A stretch of DNA of 62,950 nt, the filler included, from Kipferlia bialata (taxonomy: Eukaryota): NCBI GenBank assembly GCA_003568945.1. It is 3 parts of 3 records of this genome, joined end to end, with 100 filler letters (N's around TTAATTAATTAA, not from the genome) between each part and the next. Parts side by side here need not be neighbours in the genome. Positions count along the whole stretch, not along the records: positions 23,053 to 45,991 come from BDIP01000271.1; 2 more parts are not named here. One strand, written 5' to 3'. Each line of letters begins with the position of its first letter. Within the stretch, counting starts at the first letter, position 1. The notes under the pieces are model-generated. The model had not been told where the DNA came from, did not search any database, and worked only from the letters and a program-made list of their open reading frames with translations. Both the position numbers and the translations under genes were made by a program. Of this stretch, positions 26,791 through 38,358 are shown one piece after another.

Positions 26791-27579
26791 CTACTGCTCA
26801 CTGTACATGGCCACAAGAGCGGCACCAATAGCCTAAGGGGTGAGAAAAGGAAAATAACTACAAGGGGAATCGAACCCAGAGACATGAGAGAATGAGACTG
26901 TTACCTGGCTAAGCTCTCCGAGAGTGGCTGGCACAATCTCCATGCACTCCCTCTGCTTGGGGAAGAGGTAGGGCTCGGCAGCGGCCTTGATGTTGTCGAG
27001 GTACCTGGCACGGAACTCATCGCTGGTATCAGTAAAAAACCTAGAGGACCTGGGTTCGACTCCCACTCGATGCAGTTACTCTCTTACCTGGTGCTCTCGG
27101 GGTCCATGAGTCCTCCTCCCAGGACAAAGTATGCGGGGTCAAGGGCCATGGCAAGGTTGGCAACGTGCACACCAAGGGCCTTGGCCTGGTATAAGGGGCT
27201 AGATAGAGAGAGAGAGATTGGTTGGCAACGTGCACCCAAAGGTACCTTACTCTGACGCCGTATAAGGGGCTAAAGAGAGAGAGAGAGAGAGAGAATTACC
27301 TGGAGGTCGAAGATCTCGGTGGCCATGGCATCACCCTTCTGGGCCAGGCCCCTAAGGGAGAAGGCCTGCTCCTAAGGGGTGAGAGGTGTGGGTTCGATTC
27401 CGTTAACTAACACATAGAACTGAACATATGCATGCTACCTGAGGAGGAAGGAAGTGATTATACTCACTTTATAGTACTATATAATACAATGTGTATGTAC
27501 CTTGGGGGGGAGGGTGCTGTTGTTGAGGGGGTGGTCTGGGTACTTGGGCAGCAGGTGCTGGATGTACTGGGGGAGGCCA
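26791..27579 (-). CDS. ROK-family sugar kinase (glucokinase-like), C-terminal half, 5 exons
   Basis: Spliced product GLPQYIQHLLPKYPDHPLNNSTLPPK/EQAFSLRGLAQKGDAMATEIFDLQ/AKALGVHVANLAMALDPAYFVLGGGLMDPEST/DEFRARYLDNIKAAAEPYLFPKQRECMEIVPATLGELSQ/AIGAALVAMYSEQ*. Contains the ROK C-terminal motifs A..GD..A..IF, LDP..FVLGGG and IGAAL. Confidence 0.8.
26855..27415. repeat. Three tRNA-3'-half-like elements in ROK gene introns
   Basis: Cores at about 26865 (minus strand), 27052 (GGTTCGACTCCCACTCGATGCA) and 27390 (plus strand). Confidence 0.75.
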
Positions 27580-27587
27580 CTGAGGGT

Positions 27588-27634
<47 letters not shown>

Positions 27635-27728
27635 TGGGTGAGCTGGGTGCGGTTTGTTGCTCTCGTAGATGGGAATTACCCCCCCCCCCCCATCTCTCTC
27701 TCTCTTAACGGCCAAGCTGACTATCTAG

Positions 27729-28306
27729 CTGTGCTGGGCGTATAATCAACTCTCACCTGGGGACACAGAGGGACGTCAGACACTGATGCGTGATATCATG
27801 CCTAATGCCAAGGGGACGCCGCATGTAGAGACCACCTTTCAGTGTGACTTCGGATACAACATTCACTGTGGGGAGAGGTTCTACTGCAACCACAACTGTG
27901 TGATACTCGACACGGGGAGAGTGGATATAGGTGACGATGTGATGCTGGCTCCGTCTGTGCAGATATCATGTGCGTACCATCCCCTTGACGCACCGACGCG
28001 GGTGTCAGGTGGGTGGCATTCATTCTTGTATATATATAAACTCTAAGACATTATAGTTCTGTCAGAGAACCAGACGGACCAACCAAGTACCCCCATCCTG
28101 ACTCCCTAGGTCTGGAGCTGTCTAAGCCTGTGACCATAGGCAACAGGGTCTGGCTAGGTATGGGGGCACAGATACTGCCAGGTGTCACCATAGGGGATGA
28201 CTGCGTGGTGGGTGCTGGGTCAGTGGTCACTAGGGACATACCCCCTGGGTGTGTGGTGGCTGGGGTACCCGCCAGGGTCATCAGGCACGTGGGGGACGAG
28301 GAATAG
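27729..28306 (+). CDS. Maltose/galactoside O-acetyltransferase (hexapeptide repeat, Maa/LacA-like); first exon not found
   Basis: [51 protein letters not shown]...[intron about 28009-28109]...[54 protein letters not shown]. Confidence 0.9.
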
Positions 28307-28638
28307 GGTGGGAGGTCAGAGGTTGTCACAGACAGTGAATGAGGCTGGTATCAAGACTGCACCCTATGGATATATGAGACAGAGGCTCCTGCCTCTCAGT
28401 ATTCGTCAAAAGGTGCAGGTGACTTGCTAGCTTGTCACAATACCAAGTGAGTTAGGCATCAATACAACACACACGATCCATTGAACACCGACACATCCAT
28501 CCCTCGGATACTAGTGTAACCACTAGTGCACGGAAGGATTATAGACACAAATAGTAGAAACAATGCTACTAGGCTAGAAACTACCGGGACACACACGAAA
28601 TCCAGAGCCATTATACACTACACACACACCCTCTCCCC

Positions 28639-31165
28639 CTACATCTGGCCTGCCCTGGCCACTGCGTCGTGGAAGGTGGCCTCTGCACCCCATGCATCCT
28701 TACTATCACTGGGGAGGGAGAGGGGAGGGGACCCGTCCTCCACACCCTGGGACACCAAGTACTGGGAGAAGGAGAGGGGCAGGAAGAGCTTGGGGTCCAC
28801 CTTGTTCTGGGGTCAGTGATGGACAGGGGTAGGAGGTGTATTGGGGATCTAGAGGCACCTACAATCACAACACCAATTGATGTCATAAATCACACAACAC
28901 CCCCCCACCTTGATCTTGACGCTGAACCTGATGCGCCAGTCCACCCACAGGTGGTCGGAGACAGCACCTGGGAGTGAGGGCAGAGAGGTTACACGAATCC
29001 ATGGTATAAATACACATATACACTAATATAGATATGCCCCACCTGGTGTCTTGAACGTGGACAGCTCTGGCTTGGAGCAGTCGTTGCTAGGGGCACAGGG
29101 CCAGAACATGAGGCGTTGCATGGGGGAGAGGGACGGGATGGCGTATGTGCGGATTGTCTTTGTGTCCTGGACTATATCGTGTGCCTCTGAGGCGTCCTGT
29201 CTCTTGGCTAGGTCCTTCCTGTCGGTCTCATCGGCCTGATGGGTGGGGTGGAGGGGGGAGAGAGAGAGGTGGTCACTGCCGACCTTGACATCTGCTCTGC
29301 GTAGTGATATATATATCATATATATATATACCATATATATATATATATATATACCTTCACGTCTGCTCTGCGTTGCTGGGGTGATGCGTCGTAGGGGTGG
29401 GCAGGGGTGGATGGATCATGCCCTGTCAGTGCCCCTAGACCCTTCTCTGGCGACATCCAGTCTGGGACACATGCATCATTGCCAGGGAGGAGGTATGGCA
29501 CTAACTCTGGCAGAGACAGGGTGACGGCACCCTCTGAAGTGTCAGATACACACATATATTCACAGAGCGTATATACCCCCTACCTGCGTGCGATGCCGGG
29601 GGCACCAGCACTGTCTGGGACACTCTGCACAGTCTCATGCGTGTCCAGGCACTGTCTGCTACCAGTGCCTTGATGGTACCCGTCCTGCTACGTCTATACA
29701 CCATTCTCTCCAGGCAGCACCTGACAGCCTCCACTGGCTGCTGAGAGGCATTGAACACACAGTACCTGAAGGGTCAAACATTCCAATGATGATTATACTA
29801 TAATATATACTACAAGTACCTGATCTCTATGGGCTCTGTGGGGTGGAACAGGCCCTTGGACAGCATGGCCTGAAGGGTCACCTCCCCACTCCCCATGAAC
29901 CTGACGCTGAGCAAGATATACAGACAGAGACATACGGACACTGATACCTCACACTGAGCTCCCTAGCCAGGGGACCTGTCTCCTCAGGGGTGGGGGGCCT
30001 GGGTGTCTGGAGTATACAGAAGTCCCTCTCTACACTCATGCGGGGACAGGGGCAGGAGTCGAGGTCCAGCACCAGGATCTACACATCAGTAGATACAATA
30101 ACAGAGAAGAAGGTGTGATAGTCGGCATATGCATGTATCTCTGGTACCCCTACCTGCACACTGTATATGACGCCGTTCCCTCTGAAGGGGGTGATGCAGC
30201 TAGGGGGCAGGGGGGTGCACCCAGCCTCGCCGAATCCTCTGGAGTTAGATGACAGGATGATTGGCCAAAGCATCGCGTAGTAATTGTTACACTGAAAACA
30301 TGTATTCTCCTATATCCCCACCTCAGTCTGGTGTATCCAAGTGGGTTCCCCTTCTCCATCTCCTCCTGTAGGGGCTGGGTACGCATGGGGAGGGCGTATT
30401 CAAACTCCCAGATGTACTCACCAACTGGGTATAAGTAGAGACAGAAGGATGTGGCAGACACACAGCACAACAACTGCAATGATTCCACAATAGGCACTGG
30501 ACACGCACCCGGTATAGCGCTGGCCCCCTCGGCAAGGGGCACCACTCTGCTGACCACATCTTCGTTACACTGCAGCATGTTGAATCTCATGTTGTACTCT
30601 AGATCACGGAAGGTGTCAACCAGAGGCTCCTCCACATTGGTGGGGCCAACAAACGGTAGGCCGGACGGGAAATGGCTTTCAACCCTGTATTGAGAGAGCT
30701 GTCATGGTACTTGATAATACATGTGTCACTGAGACTATATACGACTACCACCAGAATAGAAACAGGAATGAGGGGATACATATACACATCGTGAAGGCTC
30801 TGGAACTATACCTCCCAAATACCCTGAAGAACAGATTGGTCAGCTGCACTGGCTGTCCGGCATGGAGCAGGACCTGACGTCAGAGGAAGGGAAGCCACCC
30901 ATAGAGAGAAGACACCTTAGGATAATAGACGGTACTAGTAGACTGGTACCTGGCACTTCAGAGTATCACCAGGGTACAGCTTCTCCTGGTCAAACTGAAT
31001 ATGGAACCTAGAATGAGGGGGGCTGCCTTCGTATGATTGTGTTGGTACTTGAGAGTGACAAATAGGCTATGGACCCATCACTCACCACGAAACCTTGGGG
31101 GCGTCTTGTATCTTGTGTAGGATCCCTGCCCCAAACAGCTCCTCGACACGGGCATAGTCAGCCAT
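28639..31165 (-). CDS. Multi-exon hypothetical protein, possibly with an arrestin-N-like fold
   Basis: Spliced N-terminus MADYARVEELFG...RFHIQFDQEKLYPGDTLKCQVLLHAGQPVQLTNLFFR and later YPVGEYIWEFEYALP resemble the arrestin_N motifs (YxPGD.v.g.V; G.y.f.F.f.LP). Ends ...ARAGQM* at 28639. Confidence 0.45.
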
Positions 31166-31306
31166 CAGGTGTTGCTGAGGCTGAGACAAGAGTCTTAAAG
31201 AGAGGGTCCTAACAGAGTGTGACCTGATCTACACCCCCTTGACCTTGGCAAAAACCGAGCCAGCTTCAGTCACACGGAAAGCACCCTTCTACCCCCACCC
31301 AGCAAC

Positions 31307-32502
31307 ATGAACAGATACGACAGGGCCCTCACTGTCTTCTCCCCTGATGGGCATCTGTTCCAGGTTCGTATTACTGCGTCTGTGGTCGTTTTCAGTGCCC
31401 ATAGGCAGGAAATCCAGTGATTATCATTGTCTCTTTTCCTCTTACGCCAGGTTGAGTACGCCATGGAGGCTGTCGGACGCGGAACCACTGCTGTAGTGGC
31501 TAAGTCCCCTGGTAACATCGTGATTGGTCTTGAGAGGAAGGCTGCAGCCCGTCTTCAGGATCCTAGGTCCCTGCAGAAGGTCTACAAGCTGGATGACCAC
31601 ATCTTCTGTGTGTTTGCTGGGCTCACTGCTGACGCCCGTGTGCTGGTGAATGACGCCCGTGTCGAGTGCCAGAGCCACAGGCTCTTTGTAGAGGACGCCC
31701 CCACTGTGGAGTACATTGGTAGGGCCATACACTGTATACCCACACAATTGTGTATTCATGGCGCCTTTATCTCTAATCGGTATGCCCAATAATATTTTGA
31801 TGTGTGGTGTGACCTATATATCCGCTAAACCTCAGGGTCTGCTTCACTAAGCGTCTTTGTCCAGTGTGTCTTGTTCCTAATACTTCCCTTTGTGTTTCAG
31901 TGTGTATGTATCTCTTCCCAACCCCAGCTCGGTGGGTTGCTCGTAGGCAGCAGAGGTACACCCAGAGTGGAGGTGTGAGGCCCTACGGTGTGTCTCTTCT
32001 GATCTGTGGGTGGAACGCAGACGGCACAGGTGAGTGGGTGTTATGTATTCATTGTTCCCTCGGTTCACTTGTATGGATATATAGGCACACATCACGTCCC
32101 CCCTCCCACCTTCCCCTATCTGCCCCCAGGCCACGTGTACCTGACTGAGCCATCCGGTGTGTACAGCACGTGGCACGCAGCTGTCATTGGAAGGTACGGG
32201 AGTTTCAGGATACATGTGCCTATATATCCTCACTCTCCTCCTCTTCCTAACCCCCTAGGAACAGAAAGACTGTCATGGAGTACCTGGAGGGTAGGTGGGC
32301 TGAGGGCCAGGCTCCTACTGAGGAGGGAGAAGGAGAGGGCGAGGCAGAGGCAGAGGCAGAGGGAGAGGGAGAGGCTGAGGCCGATGAGGAGACCCAGGGG
32401 TGGAGCACCGAGGACTGTGCGGGTGTGGTCAGGGCAGCCCTGGAGGAGGTGGCCGAGAACAGAGAGAGGCTCGAGTTTGTCAACATCCCCAAGCCCCAGT
32501 AG
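31307..32502 (+). CDS. PSMA7: 20S proteasome subunit alpha-4
   Basis: [27 protein letters not shown]...[24 protein letters not shown]...[19 protein letters not shown]...[17 protein letters not shown]; 5 exons. Confidence 0.95.
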
Positions 32503-32772
32503 ATATATAACTAGTAGGCATGGAGACCCACATCGCATATGGCCAGCCTATGACACTCACCAAGAGTAAAACAAAAGAAACCGCAGTGCATTCAATATAA
32601 TGACATCCTAGCATTTATCGTTGTGAGACTGTATTGTTGTATACAGTAACAAGTACGGTATTAATCATGACATTACGCATGGTACGAAAGGGTTGGTTAG
32701 GAAGCAACCATATATGAAAGAGATATGTGTGTATCGATAGTGTTACATAGGGTACAAGTGGGAGAGTTCCAA

Positions 32773-35700
32773 TCAGAGCCCCCCCGACATATGGGCCACA
32801 TCTGACTGCAGCAGAGACAGCTTCCTCTGCAGCTCGTCTGTCCCCAGTCCAGCCGAGGCGACCCTAGTTCTGGCACTGCGCACCTTCCTCTGCAGTGCCA
32901 GTCTCTCTCCCTGCTGCCTCTTGAGGGTGATGGCTCTCAGCCTCTCCATGCCGTCTGTCTCCTGAGGGACAGGGGCAGCCGACACCACAACGCGGGTGCG
33001 GCCTGACTCTCTGTGCCTGCCCTGGTCCCTAGAGGCATGCTGATTAGAGGGAGGGCGGTCCCTGGGGGAGGGCCTCTGGTCACGGGGTCTGTCCCTCTCT
33101 CTGAGGCCAGACCCACTGCCCTCTCTCCTAGCAGTAGTGCTAGAGGCATGCTCTGAGGCATGGTGGTCAGGGCTACGGGCATGCATGGTGTGAGGGCGTG
33201 AGGGGCGTGTGGTGTGGGGCCGAGAAGGGTGTGACACAGTGGGTGTCTGGGTAGATACTCTCATCTTCCCCCTTCCCGCCAGAGTCTTGTGCCCAGCCCT
33301 GTGCTTAGGGGGTGATATGTTGGAGGAGCGGCGGTCCCTCTCCCTCTCCATCTCCTCCCGTGCGTCCAGACGGTGCCCCCTCCCCAGGGTATGTGATGCC
33401 TTGCCAATGCGAGAGTTGGAGTGCACCAGAGACCTAGTCTCGGTGGGGTGGGCCACGTGTCTGTCTCTGTCTCTGTCTCTGTCTCTGTCTCCCCCCTTGT
33501 CTACACCACGCTTCGGACGAGTGGGAGATGTGGTGGCTCGGGACGAGTGCCCTGGGGACCTATTCTTCTCCCTCTCCCTCTCCCTCTGCCCCCTGGTGCC
33601 TCTGTCCCTATGTGCGTCTGAGGGAGGGGTCAGGTTGACAGAGAGAGTGACAGCACCGCTTGGGTCTGTCCTATCTCTCTGCCGTTCTCTCCTGCGCTCC
33701 CTCTCCCTCTCCCTCTCCCTTTCCCTCTCCCTCTGCCTCTGTGGGGACACAGGGCCATGCCTCAGATGACTGGGGACATCGGAGGTGGAGTGCCGGTGCT
33801 CCCCACCCTCTCTCCCCCTCTCCCTCTCCCTCTCCCTATCCCTAGTGTCCGATACACTCTTCCTACTCGACCCCACAACCTTGTGTCTGTCGAGTAGGGA
33901 GGGAGGGCCTCTGGGGGTGTGGGTCTTGGCAACCACAGACGATACAGTCACAGGACGGTCACCAACATAGGCACGGCGGGTCTTGTGGAGACGCGCCTTC
34001 TCCCGGGCTCTCTCTCTCTCTCTCAGCTGCTCCTTCTCAAGCTTGCGCGCCTTGTCTCTCTCTCTCTCCAGATCAGCGTGATGTCTCAGCATTCTCTCCG
34101 CCTCCTTCTCCAGGTTCCTCTCCCTTTCCTTCTCAGCGGCAAGCTTCCTCTCTCGTTCTCTCTCCCTCACCAGCTCTCTCTCCCTCTCCCTCTCTCTTTC
34201 AGCCTCAGCCTGCCTCTCAAGCTCAGCCTCTCTCTGACGCTGAAGCTTACTCTCCTCCTCCATCGCCCGCTCTCTCTCTCTCTGCCGTTCAGCCTCCTTC
34301 TCCTCCTCCCGGGCTCGTCTCTCCTTCTCCACACGTATCTGCTCTCTCTCTGCGTCCCTCCTACTCCTCTCCATCTCCACCGCTCTACCCATCTCAGACA
34401 CGGTCGAGTCCCGCCTGGGCTTATCACCACTGCACACAGCAGCAGCTGCTCCCATGGGTGCTTGACTCTCTCTCTGTGGCCTTGCCTTGGGGGTAGTGGC
34501 ACATGCTGCATAGTCCAGGGGTAGGTGGGACAGAGACCTGTCACTAGGCATCTGCAGGTCGAGGGACAGAGGGGGGAGCTTTGACAGATGCTCTGCTACT
34601 GTAAGGGAGTTTGATGCAACACGCTCGGCACTGTCTCTCCCTTCCCCCTGTCCACTGTCTCTCTCTGCCACCGTGTGCGTGGCCTCTGCCACCAGACTGT
34701 CTGTGTCGCATATGGGTGCATCCACCCCCGAGGCCACTGACTGCACAGACTGTACAGCGGACAGACCAGACATACCTCTGGAGGGGGCACCCCTGGTCGG
34801 GGACTGCTGCTGGCGCTTCTCCCTCTCGCTCTCCCTCTCTCCCTCTCTCCTCCCTCTCGCCCTCTCCCTCCTTGGGCTGACTGTCTGTGCTCTCTCTCTC
34901 TGCCTCTCCTTGATGGCAGAGATCGCATCTATAGAGGCAGTGATGTCACGTCGGGTCTTGGGCGGGGATCTGTTCCGCTGTCTCTCCAGCTCTCTCCCCT
35001 TGCCCTCTAATAGCATCGTCTGCCGCATACTGACCTTGGCCTCCACTAGCGTTAGGGCAGCTGACCCCATTCCAGACAGACGGGCTCTCTCTCTCTCCGT
35101 ATCAGCAGCGTTCTGCTCCAACTCCTCACGCAGGGCAGCGCATCTAGGGTCAGAAAGAGACTTCATATGTACATGAGGATACATGAGATGCTATATAGAT
35201 GGACCCTACCTAGCCTCCAGCCTCCCTGCTGCCTGCCTGAGTCTGTCTAGTTGGGTGTGCAAGGTGACACGCCTCTCTCTCTCCCCCTCCCTCTCGCCAT
35301 CCACAATGTTACTGTATTCCTGTCTTTAGACATGCAATGGCCCGGGGTGTATGTAAGTGGCTATACACCATTACCTGTGTAACTGCGGCCCTCAGCCTCC
35401 ACAACCTCAGTAAGGCATTGGTCTGTGCCGCAAGGGCCGCTCTCAGCTCCAGCCTACCCTCAAACAGTGCCACCAGCCTCAGGGCCACACTCTGCACCAC
35501 TGCATCCCCAGAGGCAGCCTCCTCATCGGTGTTGAGAGATGCCACACTGGATGCCCCTGTCGTCCTGACCCGTGCCCTATCCCCCCTATCCTCCAGGTGA
35601 GTGGTCTGGGGTGTAGCCTCGTCGATGTTGAGGGTAGTGGGCTGTGGGTCTGCAGCTGTCTCACTAGCATGACCCAACTCGCCCTGTTGCCCCCTGCCAC

Positions 35701-38016
35701 CTTGCACTGGTGCTGTGTCTCTACCCTCTGCCCCATGGGTATGGCCAGTGTCCATGGAGGGCACAGTGAGGGGCACCTCAGATTGGTGTAGACCGCTGAC
35801 ATTGGGCTGCCCAGAGGAGTGCCGGTTCTGACGCTGTACATTCCGCAGTTCCTGCCGTGAGACAATATACCCCTACATATACCTAACACAACGGATGCAA
35901 AGAGTACATTTGGGTATCCACATACATGCATATATCTATACACATCTAGATATACCTCGCTCAGTGCCGCCACCGTGGCACTCAGTCTGTCCACCAGGGC
36001 CTGGTACTGGCCAGCCTGGGCCTCGACTGGTATCACCACACGGGTCAGCTTCGACCTAGTGACTCGCTGGGCGGTGCCTGGGTTAAGAGGATCACGGAGA
36101 CGCAGGCATGCCTGTATATACAATGGATATGATATGGGAATACACATATGTGGGTTACCTGCAAATGCCAGTGTATGCATGGTATCGTCGTAGTGAGCGG
36201 CAACGGGAGACAGAGCAGCAATGATAACGGTCTGACTGTTTCCGCCTGTGGGTGAGACGGGCAATCATGGGCTTGTGATGGCTACCAATGACTGATAATG
36301 AACCATTGTACATGTGAAAGGTATATACAACACAGCATAATGACACGCACCGAGGGACGGCCTGAGTAGCCGGGTCAGCTTGCAGCTTCTGAACGGGACG
36401 TGCCCTGCCCCGCTGGTCATGGCTGTGATGACCCTGCCTAGGCCTAGCAGGGAGGTGTTGATGTGGCTACCGGTCACGAGGCTCTCCTTCTCTCTCTCCT
36501 TGGCCCTGTCAGACTCTCGGGCCTCTCTCTCTCTCTCCCTGTCTCTCGTCTTGTGCCTCTCACTGCCAGCAAGGTCCACCAGCACCAGCTTAGCCTCAGT
36601 AGGGGCCACCCCCCCATCCGGGTCCCCACCCTTGTGCACAGACACAAACACCAGGCAGTGGCTGCGACTGCTGCTCAGATTGGCAGAGGTCTCAGCGGTG
36701 TGGCGCCTCTTGTGGGCCTGGGGTGAGAGCATGCCACCAGTGAGTAACTTGCACCCTAGGCTTACACCAAAGTGATATATGTAAATACCTGTTTGACCAG
36801 GGATAGTGCATCTGGGGCTGACGGCACCACATGCCACTGGAGCCCTACCACATTGTCAGAGGTCGAGCCTGCGGGTGGGAACATCGTAATATACCGTATA
36901 CCATGATATAATAAACCATGCATATGTGGTGAGGGCAATATGCAGTGCAGTACGATTCACTTCAGCAGATATATACAGATTAACTCCTACACACACCGTA
37001 CCTGTTCCTGAGTTTCTGATCTGGAGGGGGGCAGGATCAGCCTCTGAGGGCAGGAGGTCATGCAGGGTATCGTTGTAGACCTAAGGGTGGGAGGAGAACA
37101 GAACATAGAAAGAGAGTAGGGTGCAATGAATGAATGAATGAATGGATCCAGAAGTAGTGCTCACTGTCACTGAGCTACATGCATGAACTATGTGTCCCCA
37201 CCTCTACGGCTGCCACCGACACTGTCACTGTGCCTGTGGGAGCTGAAGGGGAATCGGAATCTGATACACCTCTATCAGCTGTGCCGCTAAAGAGAGCGGC
37301 TAGCGAGAGGGGGATGATACCGGGATCAGACTCCGACCCAAACATGGTGTAGGTCTTTCCTGGGGTGAGATCCTAATTACATATAGCAGGTTAACCCCAT
37401 ATACTGAGTATAGGTAGTAGAAGATAGCACATGGACTCCCACCTGCCCCTGTGTGTCCATAGGCCAGTACAGATGCATTGAACCCGTCCAGCACGTAGTC
37501 GATCAGCGGGGTGACCACATCTGCATACACAGTCCTAGGGGTGAGAGGACACCACCGAGAACTATTTGCATAGACTAAATTGACTCCAGCATACCCCTCA
37601 TCTCATTTCAGCACATGCACCCACCTCGTTCCACTGCCAGGCCCGTACACATGATCCAAGTGGAACTCTCTGCTGTTCCGCAGCGTGTGGTGCACCCCTC
37701 GGGACGGCTCAGTGACCACCTGCAATGAGCGTAATAATGCATATGTGAATACACTCAACACCCAGAAGTGGGAAAGTAAAGAGGGGATATACAGAGAGTG
37801 ACACCAACCACTTACCACTGAATTGGTCCCCTCCTTTACCTCTAGCACATCTGTCGATGTATAGAGGGAGTCGGCATCCAGAGGGGAAGGGGCACCGGGT
37901 CTGATGCGAGCAGCAACCAGAATCCTACCCTGTCGTGAGGAAAACACATGCAACAAACACATCACACACACATGAATATGAAGGCTGAATTGCAATCACC
38001 AGCCGCTGCACTCCTG

Positions 38017-38067
<51 letters not shown>

Positions 38068-38163
38068 GTCAGAGGACTGAGGCATCCCCTGTGGGGTCCC
38101 CTGCTCCTCTCGCTCTGCGACACCCGCTCTTCCCTCGGACACAGGGTCCTTGGAGGCGGGCAT
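32773..38163 (-). CDS. N-terminal-motor kinesin (kinesin-8-like motor) with a long ER-rich coiled/disordered tail
   Basis: ILVAARIRP, EFHLDHVYG, GFNASVLAYGHTGAGKTYTM (P-loop), SANLSSSRSH, LVLVDLAGSER, INTSLLGLGRVI, HVPFRSCKLTRLLRPSLGGNSQT; 2.4-kb terminal exon at 32773-35150. Confidence 0.9.
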
Positions 38164-38358
38164 CTCAGTATCTAGTACCTAGTACTATCTAGGTGAGGGA
38201 GTCACAGTCAGAGGCCTATTGATAGAGCATCATATGGTCGCCACTTGGACCTGTCCCAATGTTGAATCAAAAGGGTTCAGTGTTTTTGGAACGCCGAAAG
38301 CTCTGACAGTCGCCCTGCAACCTTCTCAAGCACCATTTAGCGTTTCCAAGAGCAATAG

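Noticed and set aside
841..27415. Calling the T-arm elements tRNA genes
   Set aside because: No D-arm, anticodon stem or matching 5' acceptor strand could be folded, and several T-stems are mismatched.
33209..35176. Long plus-strand ORFs overlapping the kinesin tail
   Set aside because: Antisense frames of GA-rich coding sequence that lack stops for compositional reasons.
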